Shown piece by piece: positions 38,221 through 46,214 of a stretch of 64,000 nt of DNA. The first letter of the stretch is position 1; every line of letters begins with the position of its first letter. Origin of the DNA: Candidatus Omnitrophota bacterium. Its GTDB lineage: Bacteria; Omnitrophota; Gorgyraeia; Duberdicusellales; 4484-171. The position numbers and the translations under genes are program-made. The notes beneath the pieces were generated by a model. That model saw nothing but the letters and a program-made list of their open reading frames with translations, did no database searches and was not told where the DNA came from. The stretch covers positions 10,120-74,119 of the forward strand of contig JAIPHU010000002.1 of the NCBI GenBank assembly GCA_021735045.1, written 5' to 3'.

Positions 38221-38661
38221 ATGGCTATTGAATTATTTAAAAATTTATTTGGGAAAACTAAAAAAACTGCTAAAAAAGCAACAGTAAAAAAGAAAGTTAA
38301 AAAGAAAAAGTCTGCAAAAAAGAAAGTTAAAAAGAAAAAGTCTGCAAAAAAGAAAACAACTCCGAAAAAAAAGAAGAAAAAAGCAACTAAAAAGAAAAGC
38401 ATTAAAAAAGCCCAAGAAAAAGAAATAGGCGTAGTTACTCATTATTTTGGAAAGATTTCAGTAGGTATTATTAAGTTAAAAAGCAGTTTGAGCCTTGGAG
38501 ATAAAATAAAAATAAAAGGTGCTCACGTTGATTTTAACCAATCAATCAAATCGATGCAAATAAACCATAAGGATGTAGCTTCTGCGCGAAAAGGGGCTGA
38601 GGTGGGTGTTAAAGTAAAAAAGCGCGTTCATCCTAAAGATAAGGTATATAGGAAAATCTAA
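38221..38661 (+). CDS. lysine-rich histone H1-like DNA-binding protein with C-terminal beta-rich domain
   Basis: N-terminal 60 aa is about 60% Lys with KKKVKKKKSAKK repeated twice. Globular C-terminal tail of about 80 aa. Confidence 0.6.
   Translation: MAIELFKNLFGKTKKTAKKATVKKKVKKKKSAKKKVKKKKSAKKKTTPKKKKKKATKKKSIKKAQEKEIGVVTHYFGKISVGIIKLKSSLSLGDKIKIKGAHVDFNQSIKSMQINHKDVASARKGAEVGVKVKKRVHPKDKVYRKI
38291..38350 (+). repeat. perfect 30-nt tandem duplication (agaaagttaaaaagaaaaagtctgcaaaaa x2) inside the lysine-rich gene
   Basis: Counted directly. Confidence 0.95.
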
Positions 38662-38744
38662 CTAACTCCTCTCTAAGCAGTTCTTATCTATTGCTAATAA
38701 CTTATTAAAAAATACCTAAATCAGCTTGTGTAATTATTTTTACT

Positions 38745-40316
38745 ATGAGGATCTTAGATAAAAAAAGATATCGTTTAAGGATTGTTATTCCAGCCTTTCC
38801 AACCTTTAACATTTATTCAAGTGTTGCTAAGAGGACTACGGCTTTGGGGCCGATATCTGTTGCCAGTGTGGTTAAAGAGATACCCGGATGGGACGTTGAG
38901 GTAATTGATGAGAATAATCTTAGATTATATGGGCCCAAAGACCCAGAGAAAGGAGCTGACCATGAATTCCTTCAAGCAGAGCGGCCGGCTGATGTAGTAG
39001 GTTTCTACGGTGGGTTGACCAGTACAATTCCCCGCCTTTACCAGTTAGCTAGCTTCTATAAGAAAAAAGGCGTTACAACTATTGCCGGTGGACAGCATTT
39101 TGTTGGTAAAAATATCAAAGAGGCCCTTAATTCAGATATTGATCTGGTAGTGCGAGGCGAGTCCGAGGTAACAATCAAAGAACTACTAACTTCCTTAGTC
39201 AGGCAAGAGCGACTCGATCAAATTAAAGGTATTGCTTATAAAGATAAAGATAAAATTATCAAAACAAAAGAACGTGAGCCAATCGAAGATTTTGAAAGCT
39301 TGCCTAACCCGGATTTTTCTTTAGTTCGTTATGCTAAGATAAAAATGTATCCGGTAAGTAGGATTCGAGGTTGCGGAATGGACTGTGAGTTTTGTACGGT
39401 AAAGGGCAGGCCCCGTTATGCTAGTTCAAAGAAACTGTTAGATACTATAGAAAATCTTTTAGAGACTAAAGATGCTAGGCATTTTTTTATTGTTGATGAT
39501 CTGTTTGGCCAACAAAGAAATGAAACTATCCACTTTTGTAAAATGCTTGCAGATTATCAACAGAGAGTTAATAAGCGTCTTGATTTTACTGTCCAGATTC
39601 GGCTAGATAAGGCTAAAGATACAGAACTTCTTTTTGCAATGCGTGAGGCTGGCATTAATACAGTTGCAATTGGGTTTGAATCACCAATTAAAGAAGAGCT
39701 TGAAGCAATGAAAAAACACATTAAACCTCAAGATATGATTGAGTTGTCACGGATTTATCGTAAATTTGGTTTTTTAATTCATGGGATGTTTATATTTGGA
39801 TATCCGCAAAAAGGTAATACAAAGATAAATCTCTCAATCAAAGAACGAATCAAAAGATTTAGGATTTTTATAAAAAAGGCTAAAATTGATACCATTCAAA
39901 TTCTTCTTCCTGTGCCTTTACCCGGAACTGAGTTGAGAAATCGCTTAGAAAAAGAAGGTAGAGTTTATTCAATTGAAGATATCGGCTGGCAGTATTATGA
40001 TGGTAACTTTCCTCTTTTTGAACCAGATGATCCTTTGACAGCTCAAGATTTACAAAGTTCAATACATAAGATTATGGGTAAATTTTATAAGTTCAAATAT
40101 GTTTTTATGCTTGGTTATCATATCTTTTCGTTTCCAGCTCTAGTTTTCTTTCTACATAATATCAGAAAGGGTTGGAAGATTTGGTATAGGTCTTGGCGGA
40201 ATGCTTTAGTCCGTTTTGGCGGCTGGGCCGTATTGAGAGGCTGGACAAAATCGTTTAGAGCTGGTAGCTTTTCGGATCAGTTAAAAAAAGCTCAAAAACA
40301 TATCCAACACGATTGA
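38745..40316 (+). CDS. B12-binding radical SAM protein (COG1032 type) with C-terminal TM segment
   Basis: Cobalamin-binding N-domain (VVGFYGGLTSTIP, GGQHF). Radical SAM cluster CGMDCEFC. Hydrophobic helix near the C-terminus. Confidence 0.8.
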   Translation: MRILDKKRYRLRIVIPAFPTFNIYSSVAKRTTALGPISVASVVKEIPGWDVEVIDENNLRLYGPKDPEKGADHEFLQAERPADVVGFYGGLTSTIPRLYQLASFYKKKGVTTIAGGQHFVGKNIKEALNSDIDLVVRGESEVTIKELLTSLVRQERLDQIKGIAYKDKDKIIKTKEREPIEDFESLPNPDFSLVRYAKIKMYPVSRIRGCGMDCEFCTVKGRPRYASSKKLLDTIENLLETKDARHFFIVDDLFGQQRNETIHFCKMLADYQQRVNKRLDFTVQIRLDKAKDTELLFAMREAGINTVAIGFESPIKEELEAMKKHIKPQDMIELSRIYRKFGFLIHGMFIFGYPQKGNTKINLSIKERIKRFRIFIKKAKIDTIQILLPVPLPGTELRNRLEKEGRVYSIEDIGWQYYDGNFPLFEPDDPLTAQDLQSSIHKIMGKFYKFKYVFMLGYHIFSFPALVFFLHNIRKGWKIWYRSWRNALVRFGGWAVLRGWTKSFRAGSFSDQLKKAQKHIQHD

Positions 40317-40416
40317 TTAGAGGTTTTGTAAAAAAATTTCCCAAAATATTTAATTCTGATATAATCTCAATTTAATAACTTGATATTTTAAACTATTTAA
40401 ACAAAAGGAGACTATT

Positions 40417-41631
40417 ATGTTGATGAGTTTGGGTGATTATATTGATGTAGTAGGGGCAGAAGAAATTTCAAAAATTTATAAAAAAGCCAATAAACTATAC
40501 ACAAAGCATATCGCTAATGTTAATGCGACTTTTTTAGGTGGAGGGGTAGCGGAAATTTTAGGCCGAATGGTTCCTTTGATGAACGATGCGGGCCTGGATG
40601 CAGAATGGAGAACAATCCATGGTAGCCCGGGTTTTTTTGATATAACTAAAAGTTTTCACAATGGGCTACAAGGTGGAGATATCGAGCTTTCGGATATGAC
40701 TAAATCAGTGTATATGAATATAAACCAGGAATATGCAAATTTTTCCCATCTCAATATTTATGATTCAATTATCGTCCATGACCCTCAACCGCTTCCTTTG
40801 ATTAAGTTTTACCGAAAGCAGCAACCTTGGATTTGGCGTTGTCATATCGATATAACTGACCCTAATCCTGAGCTTTGGAATTTCCTAAAGAAGTTTATGA
40901 TTAGATATGACGTAATTGTGGTATCCAGCGAAAAGTATAAAAAGGACGATTTGCCGGTTCCCCAAAAAGTAATCCCTCCTGCTATAGACCCTTTAGCTTT
41001 AAAAAATAAGGAGTTGTCAGAAGAAGCTATAATTAACTATATTAAAAGTGTTAACATACCGACCGATAAGCCGATAATGGCTCAAGTATCGCGTATGGAT
41101 CCTTGGAAAGACCCGGAAGGTGTATTAGAAGTTTTTCGCAAAGTTAAAGAAAAAGTAGATTGCCGTCTTCTTTATTGTTATAACCTTGCTACCGATGACC
41201 CGGAAGGGATGAAAATATACAAAAAAGTTTATGAAAAGGTAGAAAAAGATGTTAAAAATGGTGATGTATTGTTTGTGGTCGGAAATAACGACTTGTTAGT
41301 TAATGCTGTACAAAGGTTTGCCGACGTGATTGTTCAAAAATCTACTCGGGAAGGGTTTGCTTTAACCGTAACCGAAGCTTTATGGAAAGGCAAGCCGGTT
41401 GTAGCCAGTAATATCGGCGGAATCCCTTCGCAGATTACCGACGGAAAGAATGGATTTTTAGTTGATCCTCAAGATCACAAAACTTGTGCTGACCGGATAA
41501 TTAAAATTTTAAAAGATCCCAAATTGGCTAAAAAATTAGGGACTAACGCCAAAGAATCGGTACGGAAAAATTTTCTTACTACTAGATTAGTTTCTGATTA
41601 TCTTGATCTTTTAACTGAAGTTTTAGCTTAA
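40417..41631 (+). CDS. GT4-family glycosyltransferase, trehalose-synthase-like architecture
   Basis: C-terminal EGFALTVTEALWKGKPVV...GG (the GT-B E-x7-E region). Confidence 0.7.
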   Translation: MLMSLGDYIDVVGAEEISKIYKKANKLYTKHIANVNATFLGGGVAEILGRMVPLMNDAGLDAEWRTIHGSPGFFDITKSFHNGLQGGDIELSDMTKSVYMNINQEYANFSHLNIYDSIIVHDPQPLPLIKFYRKQQPWIWRCHIDITDPNPELWNFLKKFMIRYDVIVVSSEKYKKDDLPVPQKVIPPAIDPLALKNKELSEEAIINYIKSVNIPTDKPIMAQVSRMDPWKDPEGVLEVFRKVKEKVDCRLLYCYNLATDDPEGMKIYKKVYEKVEKDVKNGDVLFVVGNNDLLVNAVQRFADVIVQKSTREGFALTVTEALWKGKPVVASNIGGIPSQITDGKNGFLVDPQDHKTCADRIIKILKDPKLAKKLGTNAKESVRKNFLTTRLVSDYLDLLTEVLA

Positions 41632-41737
41632 AAGAAGTAGTTATTTTAGAAGAAGGGCTTTTGCTTATAATTGTTTGACAATTTATTTAATAAATGATAA
41701 AGTTATAAGTAACTGACTTAAGAGTAGACGCATAAAG

Positions 41738-41771
41738 CCGCAAAGATATTTTTAGCTTTGCGGTTTTTTTT
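41738..41771 (+). terminator. rho-independent terminator
   Basis: CCGCAAAG-atatttttag-CTTTGCGG followed by T8. Confidence 0.75.
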
Positions 41772-41804
41772 ACAATATTAATTATAAGAAAGGGAGAAGA
41801 GAAA

Positions 41805-42308
41805 ATGAAAAAAAGTTTTTTGTTCTTTGTCTGTTTAATTTCAGTAATGGCTATAGGAGCCGTAAAAGTAAAGGGAGATGATAGTATGACTATTGAAAAA
41901 GGGAAAAAAGTAGCTTTTGATTACACCTTAACCGTTGATGGCCAAGTGGTCGATTCTTCTAAAGAGAGAGGGCCTCTGACTTATACTCACGGAGAAGGAA
42001 AAATTATACCTGGGCTTGCTACAGAGCTCAAAGGCATGAAAGCTGGAGAACAGGCTACTGTAAAGGTCGAACCTAAGGAAGCTTATGGACAAAAAAATCC
42101 AGAAGCTTTGAAAGAAGTACCGAAAAGTTCTTTGCCCAAAGATCTAGAACCAAAGGTAGGGATGATGCTTCAGATGCAAGGCCCACAAGGACAAGCTGTA
42201 CCGGTTAAAGTTGCTGAAGTTAAAGATGAAGTGGTAGTGCTTGATCTTAACCATCCTTTGGCTGGTAAAACTTTGAATTTTGATGTGACTGTAGTTTCGG
42301 TAGAGTAG
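41805..42308 (+). CDS. secreted FKBP-type peptidyl-prolyl isomerase
   Basis: Signal peptide. VAFDYTLTVDGQVVDSS...YTHGEGKIIPGL FKBP core. Confidence 0.85.
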   Translation: MKKSFLFFVCLISVMAIGAVKVKGDDSMTIEKGKKVAFDYTLTVDGQVVDSSKERGPLTYTHGEGKIIPGLATELKGMKAGEQATVKVEPKEAYGQKNPEALKEVPKSSLPKDLEPKVGMMLQMQGPQGQAVPVKVAEVKDEVVVLDLNHPLAGKTLNFDVTVVSVE

Positions 42309-42324
42309 TTGAAAAAAATAATTT

Positions 42325-42354
42325 GGCTCTGTACTGTTTAAATCATACAGAGCC
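42325..42354. terminator. hairpin GGCTCTGTA-12-TACAGAGCC, possibly a bidirectional terminator
   Basis: 9-bp stem. A T-run is present only on the minus-strand side. Confidence 0.45.
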
Positions 42355-42486
42355 AAAGCCTTTCCTTGAATTCAAAATCTCTCCTAATATTAAATGAATT
42401 TGCTATAATAATATAATCATTACTATTTTTTTTTGGCTTTGATGGCGGCAGCAATCAGCGATACTATGAAATAGGAGTTAAATTTT

Positions 42487-42918
42487 ATGAAAAAGAAAGT
42501 ATTGTTTGTCTGTATCCATAATTCAGCTCGCAGCCAGATGGCGGAGGCGTTTTTGAATCAACTGGCTAGAGATAAGTTTGAAGCTGAAAGCGCGGGATTA
42601 GAGCCGGGTAAACTTAATCCGCTTGTGGTTAAGGTGATGCAAGAAGTTGGTATTGATATTTCCGCTAATAAAACAAAAAGTGTTTTTGATTTTTACAAGC
42701 AAGGTAAGTTGTATGATTATGTGATAACTGTTTGCGATGAATCTCAATCAGAACGCTGTCCGGTATTTCCCGGTGTAGCAAAAAAACTTCATTGGGGTTT
42801 TTCTGACCCGTCAAGTTTTTCCGGCACTGATCAAGAAAAATTAGAAAAAACCAGAAAGGTTAGAGATGAAATCAAAATGACCTTAGAAGAATGGTTTAAA
42901 ACCCATTGCACGGAATAA
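42487..42918 (+). CDS. arsC: thioredoxin-coupled arsenate reductase / LMW phosphatase family
   Basis: P-loop CIHNSARS (CX5R). Downstream Cys pair C..CP at about positions 84 and 92. Confidence 0.75.
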   Translation: MKKKVLFVCIHNSARSQMAEAFLNQLARDKFEAESAGLEPGKLNPLVVKVMQEVGIDISANKTKSVFDFYKQGKLYDYVITVCDESQSERCPVFPGVAKKLHWGFSDPSSFSGTDQEKLEKTRKVRDEIKMTLEEWFKTHCTE

Positions 42919-42928
42919 TTAATATTGT

Positions 42929-42952
42929 AGGGGCACATTGCAATGTGCCCCT
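42929..42952. repeat. perfect 24-nt palindrome AGGGGCACATTGCAATGTGCCCCT
   Basis: Read directly. Lies 10 nt after the arsC stop, with no T-run. Confidence 0.9.
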
Positions 42953-43004
42953 AGATGATCGTATGGAAAAATTTGGTTGTTCAATATCAAATTCTAAAAA
43001 TTTC

Positions 43005-43032
43005 TTACACAATCCTGTCTTTTTGTTATAAT
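43005..43032 (+). promoter_or_regulatory. promoter TTACAC-16-TATAAT ending 8 nt before the miaB-like ATG (predicted leaderless mRNA)
   Basis: Read directly. No Shine-Dalgarno sequence before the ATG at 43041. Confidence 0.45.
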
Positions 43033-43040
43033 GCCTTGCC

Positions 43041-44315
43041 ATGGGTAAAATTTACATTAAAACATTCGGCTGTCAGATGAATGATCGTGATTCGGAGGCT
43101 CTGCTCGGGCTTTTTTTACAGAAGGGGTATATTCAGGCAAAGTCCGAGAAAGATGCTGAGGTTATTTTGGTTAACACCTGCTCGGTACGTGATCATGCTG
43201 AAAACCGTGCCCTGTCGTTGTTGGGAACCTACAAGAAATTCAAGCAAGGTACCGAAGGACGATGGACGAAGGACGAGGGACAAAAGATGAAATCGTCTAA
43301 CGTCCGAGCGAAGCGGTCATCCATCGCCTCTCGGAAAGTTATTGGCCTCATTGGATGCATGGCGAAAAATAAGGGGGATGAAATTTTTAGTAAGATGCCG
43401 TATATTGATTTAATTTGTGGCCCTTCTGCCTTTTTTAAAATTCCGGAATATGTGGAAAGAATTAAGCGAAGTAAACGAAGTGAACGGAGTCCTGAGCGAC
43501 TGAAGGAAGTCCTGAGCGAAGCCGAAGGGCGACCGAAGGGAGTCGAAGGAGATAAAGGTTTAAGGATAAAGGATCTAGAGGATAGAGATAGAGACGAAAG
43601 TTTTTATGACAGTGTTTACCGTAAAGAGCCAGATCATGCCCAAGTAGTTATTTCCACCGGTTGTTCCAATTTTTGTGCCTACTGTATTGTGCCTCATACT
43701 CGCGGCAGACTTCGGCCGAGAAATCCGGATAAGATAATCGCTGAGATAAAGGAGAATATAAAACAAGACAGGAGAAAGATTACTTTATTGGGCCAAAACG
43801 TCAATGACTATCATTTTAAGTCACAAGTTATTAATTTTGTGGAATTATTGAGAAAAATCGATAAAATTGAGGGGTTGGAAGAGTTGGATTTTGTAACTAG
43901 CCATCCCAAAAACACCTGCCAAGAACTATTTAAAGTAATGGCTGAATCTGATAAAATTAAAAAACATCTTCACCTGCCTTTTCAATCCGGCTCAAACCGG
44001 ATTTTAAAGTTAATGAGGAGGGGCTACAGTAGAGAAGAATATATTGAACTCACTAATCAATATAAACAAATAACCGGCGGGACTTTGGGAACAGATATTA
44101 TCATTGGGTTTCCCAGTGAAACCGAAGAAGATTTTAATCAAACTAAAAGTTTGGTAGAAGAAGTAGGTTTTAAGTATGCTTTTATCTTTAAGTACTCTCC
44201 GCGCTTAAAAACTAAAGCAGCAGAAATGGTAGATGATGTTTTAGAAAAAGTTAAAAGCAGACGTCACAAGAAACTTCTTGATTTACAAAAAGAAATTTCT
44301 GCTTCAATAAAATGA
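43041..44315 (+). CDS. miaB: MiaB-like methylthiotransferase (MTTase N-domain + radical SAM) lacking a TRAM domain, with two charged in-frame insertions
   Basis: IYIKTFGCQMNDRDSE start. Radical SAM motif CSNFCAYCIVPHTRG. Insertions at about aa 70-100 and 150-205. Ends right after the radical SAM core. Confidence 0.8.
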   Translation: MGKIYIKTFGCQMNDRDSEALLGLFLQKGYIQAKSEKDAEVILVNTCSVRDHAENRALSLLGTYKKFKQGTEGRWTKDEGQKMKSSNVRAKRSSIASRKVIGLIGCMAKNKGDEIFSKMPYIDLICGPSAFFKIPEYVERIKRSKRSERSPERLKEVLSEAEGRPKGVEGDKGLRIKDLEDRDRDESFYDSVYRKEPDHAQVVISTGCSNFCAYCIVPHTRGRLRPRNPDKIIAEIKENIKQDRRKITLLGQNVNDYHFKSQVINFVELLRKIDKIEGLEELDFVTSHPKNTCQELFKVMAESDKIKKHLHLPFQSGSNRILKLMRRGYSREEYIELTNQYKQITGGTLGTDIIIGFPSETEEDFNQTKSLVEEVGFKYAFIFKYSPRLKTKAAEMVDDVLEKVKSRRHKKLLDLQKEISASIK

Positions 44316-45067
44316 CAAATAAAAAAACAATTAGTATATACTTACTTAGTTTGTCTTTTATCCTTTATTTTTTATCCTTTCCTGCTTATCCAGCTTCTCT
44401 AGAAGATGCACAGCGCCAGTATTTGTTTGGTAATTTAGATAAAGCCGTTAGGTTAGCAAAAAGATTAAGAAGTAGTGCCCAAAATATTTATTTTTTAGGG
44501 CTTGTATATATTAAGAAAAAAGAATACAGAAAAGCTCGCTATTACTTTAAAAAAATAATTGATAATTATCAAAATTCTTATTTTTATCAAAAAAGTCAAA
44601 TCAAACTAGCAGATAGTTATTTTTTTGAAGGTAGCTATCAAAAAGCCAATCAGCTATTCACTAATATTTTAAATAAGAAAAACCAGAAAAACGATGAACC
44701 TTTGATTTTGCTTCGCTTGGCCCAAGTTGCGGCCAAACAGGGAAAGTGGGCCGATAAAGAAAAGTATTCAACTGTTTTAAAAAATAGATATCCCAATTCT
44801 TTAGAAATTAAATATATTAAGATTCTTGATTCTTACGGAAGTTTTTTCACTGTACAAATTGGTGCTTTTAGCGATAAAAGCAACGCTTTAAATCTATATA
44901 ATCAAATCTCGAAAGATTTTGATGACCATGTTTTTATTGTTGAAAAAAAGAACCAGGACTTTCCTATCTACAAGGTAAGAGTAGGGAAGTTTAAAGATCG
45001 TTATTCGGTAGAAAAATTGGCGGAAAAATTACAAAATCAAGGTTACCCAACCAGAATTTATCCCTAA
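44312..45067 (+). CDS. TPR + SPOR-domain protein
   Basis: Signal/anchor peptide. C-terminal SPOR fold pattern FTVQIGAFSDKSNA...YKVRVGKF. Confidence 0.65.
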   Translation: MTNKKTISIYLLSLSFILYFLSFPAYPASLEDAQRQYLFGNLDKAVRLAKRLRSSAQNIYFLGLVYIKKKEYRKARYYFKKIIDNYQNSYFYQKSQIKLADSYFFEGSYQKANQLFTNILNKKNQKNDEPLILLRLAQVAAKQGKWADKEKYSTVLKNRYPNSLEIKYIKILDSYGSFFTVQIGAFSDKSNALNLYNQISKDFDDHVFIVEKKNQDFPIYKVRVGKFKDRYSVEKLAEKLQNQGYPTRIYP

Positions 45068-46026
45068 TGTCTAAAATTATATTTATTGTAGGGCCGACGG
45101 CTACGGGAAAAAGTGATGTTGCCTATCTTTTGGCAAAAAGGCTCAAGGCAGAAATTATTTCCTGTGATTCGATGTTAGTCTATAAGGAGCCAAAGATAAT
45201 TACAGCAAAACCTGCAAAAAAAATGTTATCAGATATTCCGCATCATTTTATAAATTTAATTTCAGTTACTGAGAAATACAGCGTTTATGATTATTATCAA
45301 AAAGCAACCAAAAAAATAAAAGAACTTTATAACCAGAATATTCCGGCAGTTGTCTGTGGTGGAACCGGCCTTTATTTTAAGGTGCTTTTAGATGGGATTT
45401 TTTTACAATCAAAAAAGGATGACAGCCTACGAAAAAAACTTTATCAACAGGCTAAAGAGGGAGGGCTTGGAGTTCTATATAAAAAGTTGAGCCGGGTTGA
45501 TCCCAAAACTAGCGAAAAGATTTCCGAAAACGACCAAAAAAGAATTATAAGAGCCTTAGAGGTATATTACCTTACTGGCAAGCCTATATCTTCTAAGAAA
45601 AAAGAAGCCAAAGGTCTTTGGGGTAAAACCCCGATTAAGGTCTTTGGCCTAAAGTTAGATCGAGGTAAGTTGTATGAGAGAATAGAGCAAAGGGTAGATG
45701 ACATGTTTAGCCAAGGAGCTATAGACGAGGTCAAGGGTTTATTAGATAAAAAACTGAGTTTAACTGCTGAAAAAATTATCGGCATCAATGAAATAAAAGA
45801 TTATTTGAAAAATAAAGGGGACAGTCTCCATACAGGGACAGTTCCCCTAGTTGGGGAAGCAAAAGAAAAGATAAAACAAAATACGCGCCGGTTTGCAAAA
45901 AGGCAAATCACTTGGTTTAAAAAAGACCCGCGGATAGAATGGATTGACGCCGAAGGTATGGCTGCTGAAGAAGTAGCAAATATGATAAGATGCAAGATGC
46001 AGGGAGCAAAAGGAGATAAACAATAA
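45067..46026 (+). CDS. miaA: tRNA dimethylallyltransferase
   Basis: P-loop GPTATGKS. Typical MiaA length of 319 aa. Confidence 0.9.
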   Translation: MSKIIFIVGPTATGKSDVAYLLAKRLKAEIISCDSMLVYKEPKIITAKPAKKMLSDIPHHFINLISVTEKYSVYDYYQKATKKIKELYNQNIPAVVCGGTGLYFKVLLDGIFLQSKKDDSLRKKLYQQAKEGGLGVLYKKLSRVDPKTSEKISENDQKRIIRALEVYYLTGKPISSKKKEAKGLWGKTPIKVFGLKLDRGKLYERIEQRVDDMFSQGAIDEVKGLLDKKLSLTAEKIIGINEIKDYLKNKGDSLHTGTVPLVGEAKEKIKQNTRRFAKRQITWFKKDPRIEWIDAEGMAAEEVANMIRCKMQGAKGDKQ

Positions 46027-46214
46027 ACAAATAACAAATTCCAAACAAATCCCAAATTACAATAAATAATAAAAGGGAAATATTAAAAAATCCAAATAGT
46101 TTTTAATTTGTATATTGTCTATTAGGTATTGTTTGTGATTTGGGATTTGTATATTGTAATTTATTCGCATCTTGTATTTTGGTTATTGATTATTTCACTG
46201 CGAAAAGTTAAACC

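Noticed and set aside
43081-43290. Alternative-frame plus-strand ORFs inside miaB (43081..43290), dnaK (54624..54809), dnaJ (55454..55651) and the TM-helix gene (13675..13875).
   Set aside because: These are out-of-frame overlaps with strongly supported CDSs. The 43081 ORF exists only because of the GC-rich insertion in miaB.
43243-43610. Intein, mobile element or pseudogenisation as an explanation for the miaB insertions.
   Set aside because: The insertions are far too short for an intein, have no splice-junction residues and no transposase or IR, and the reading frame and the downstream radical SAM motif are intact. They are better explained as in-frame simple-sequence expansions.
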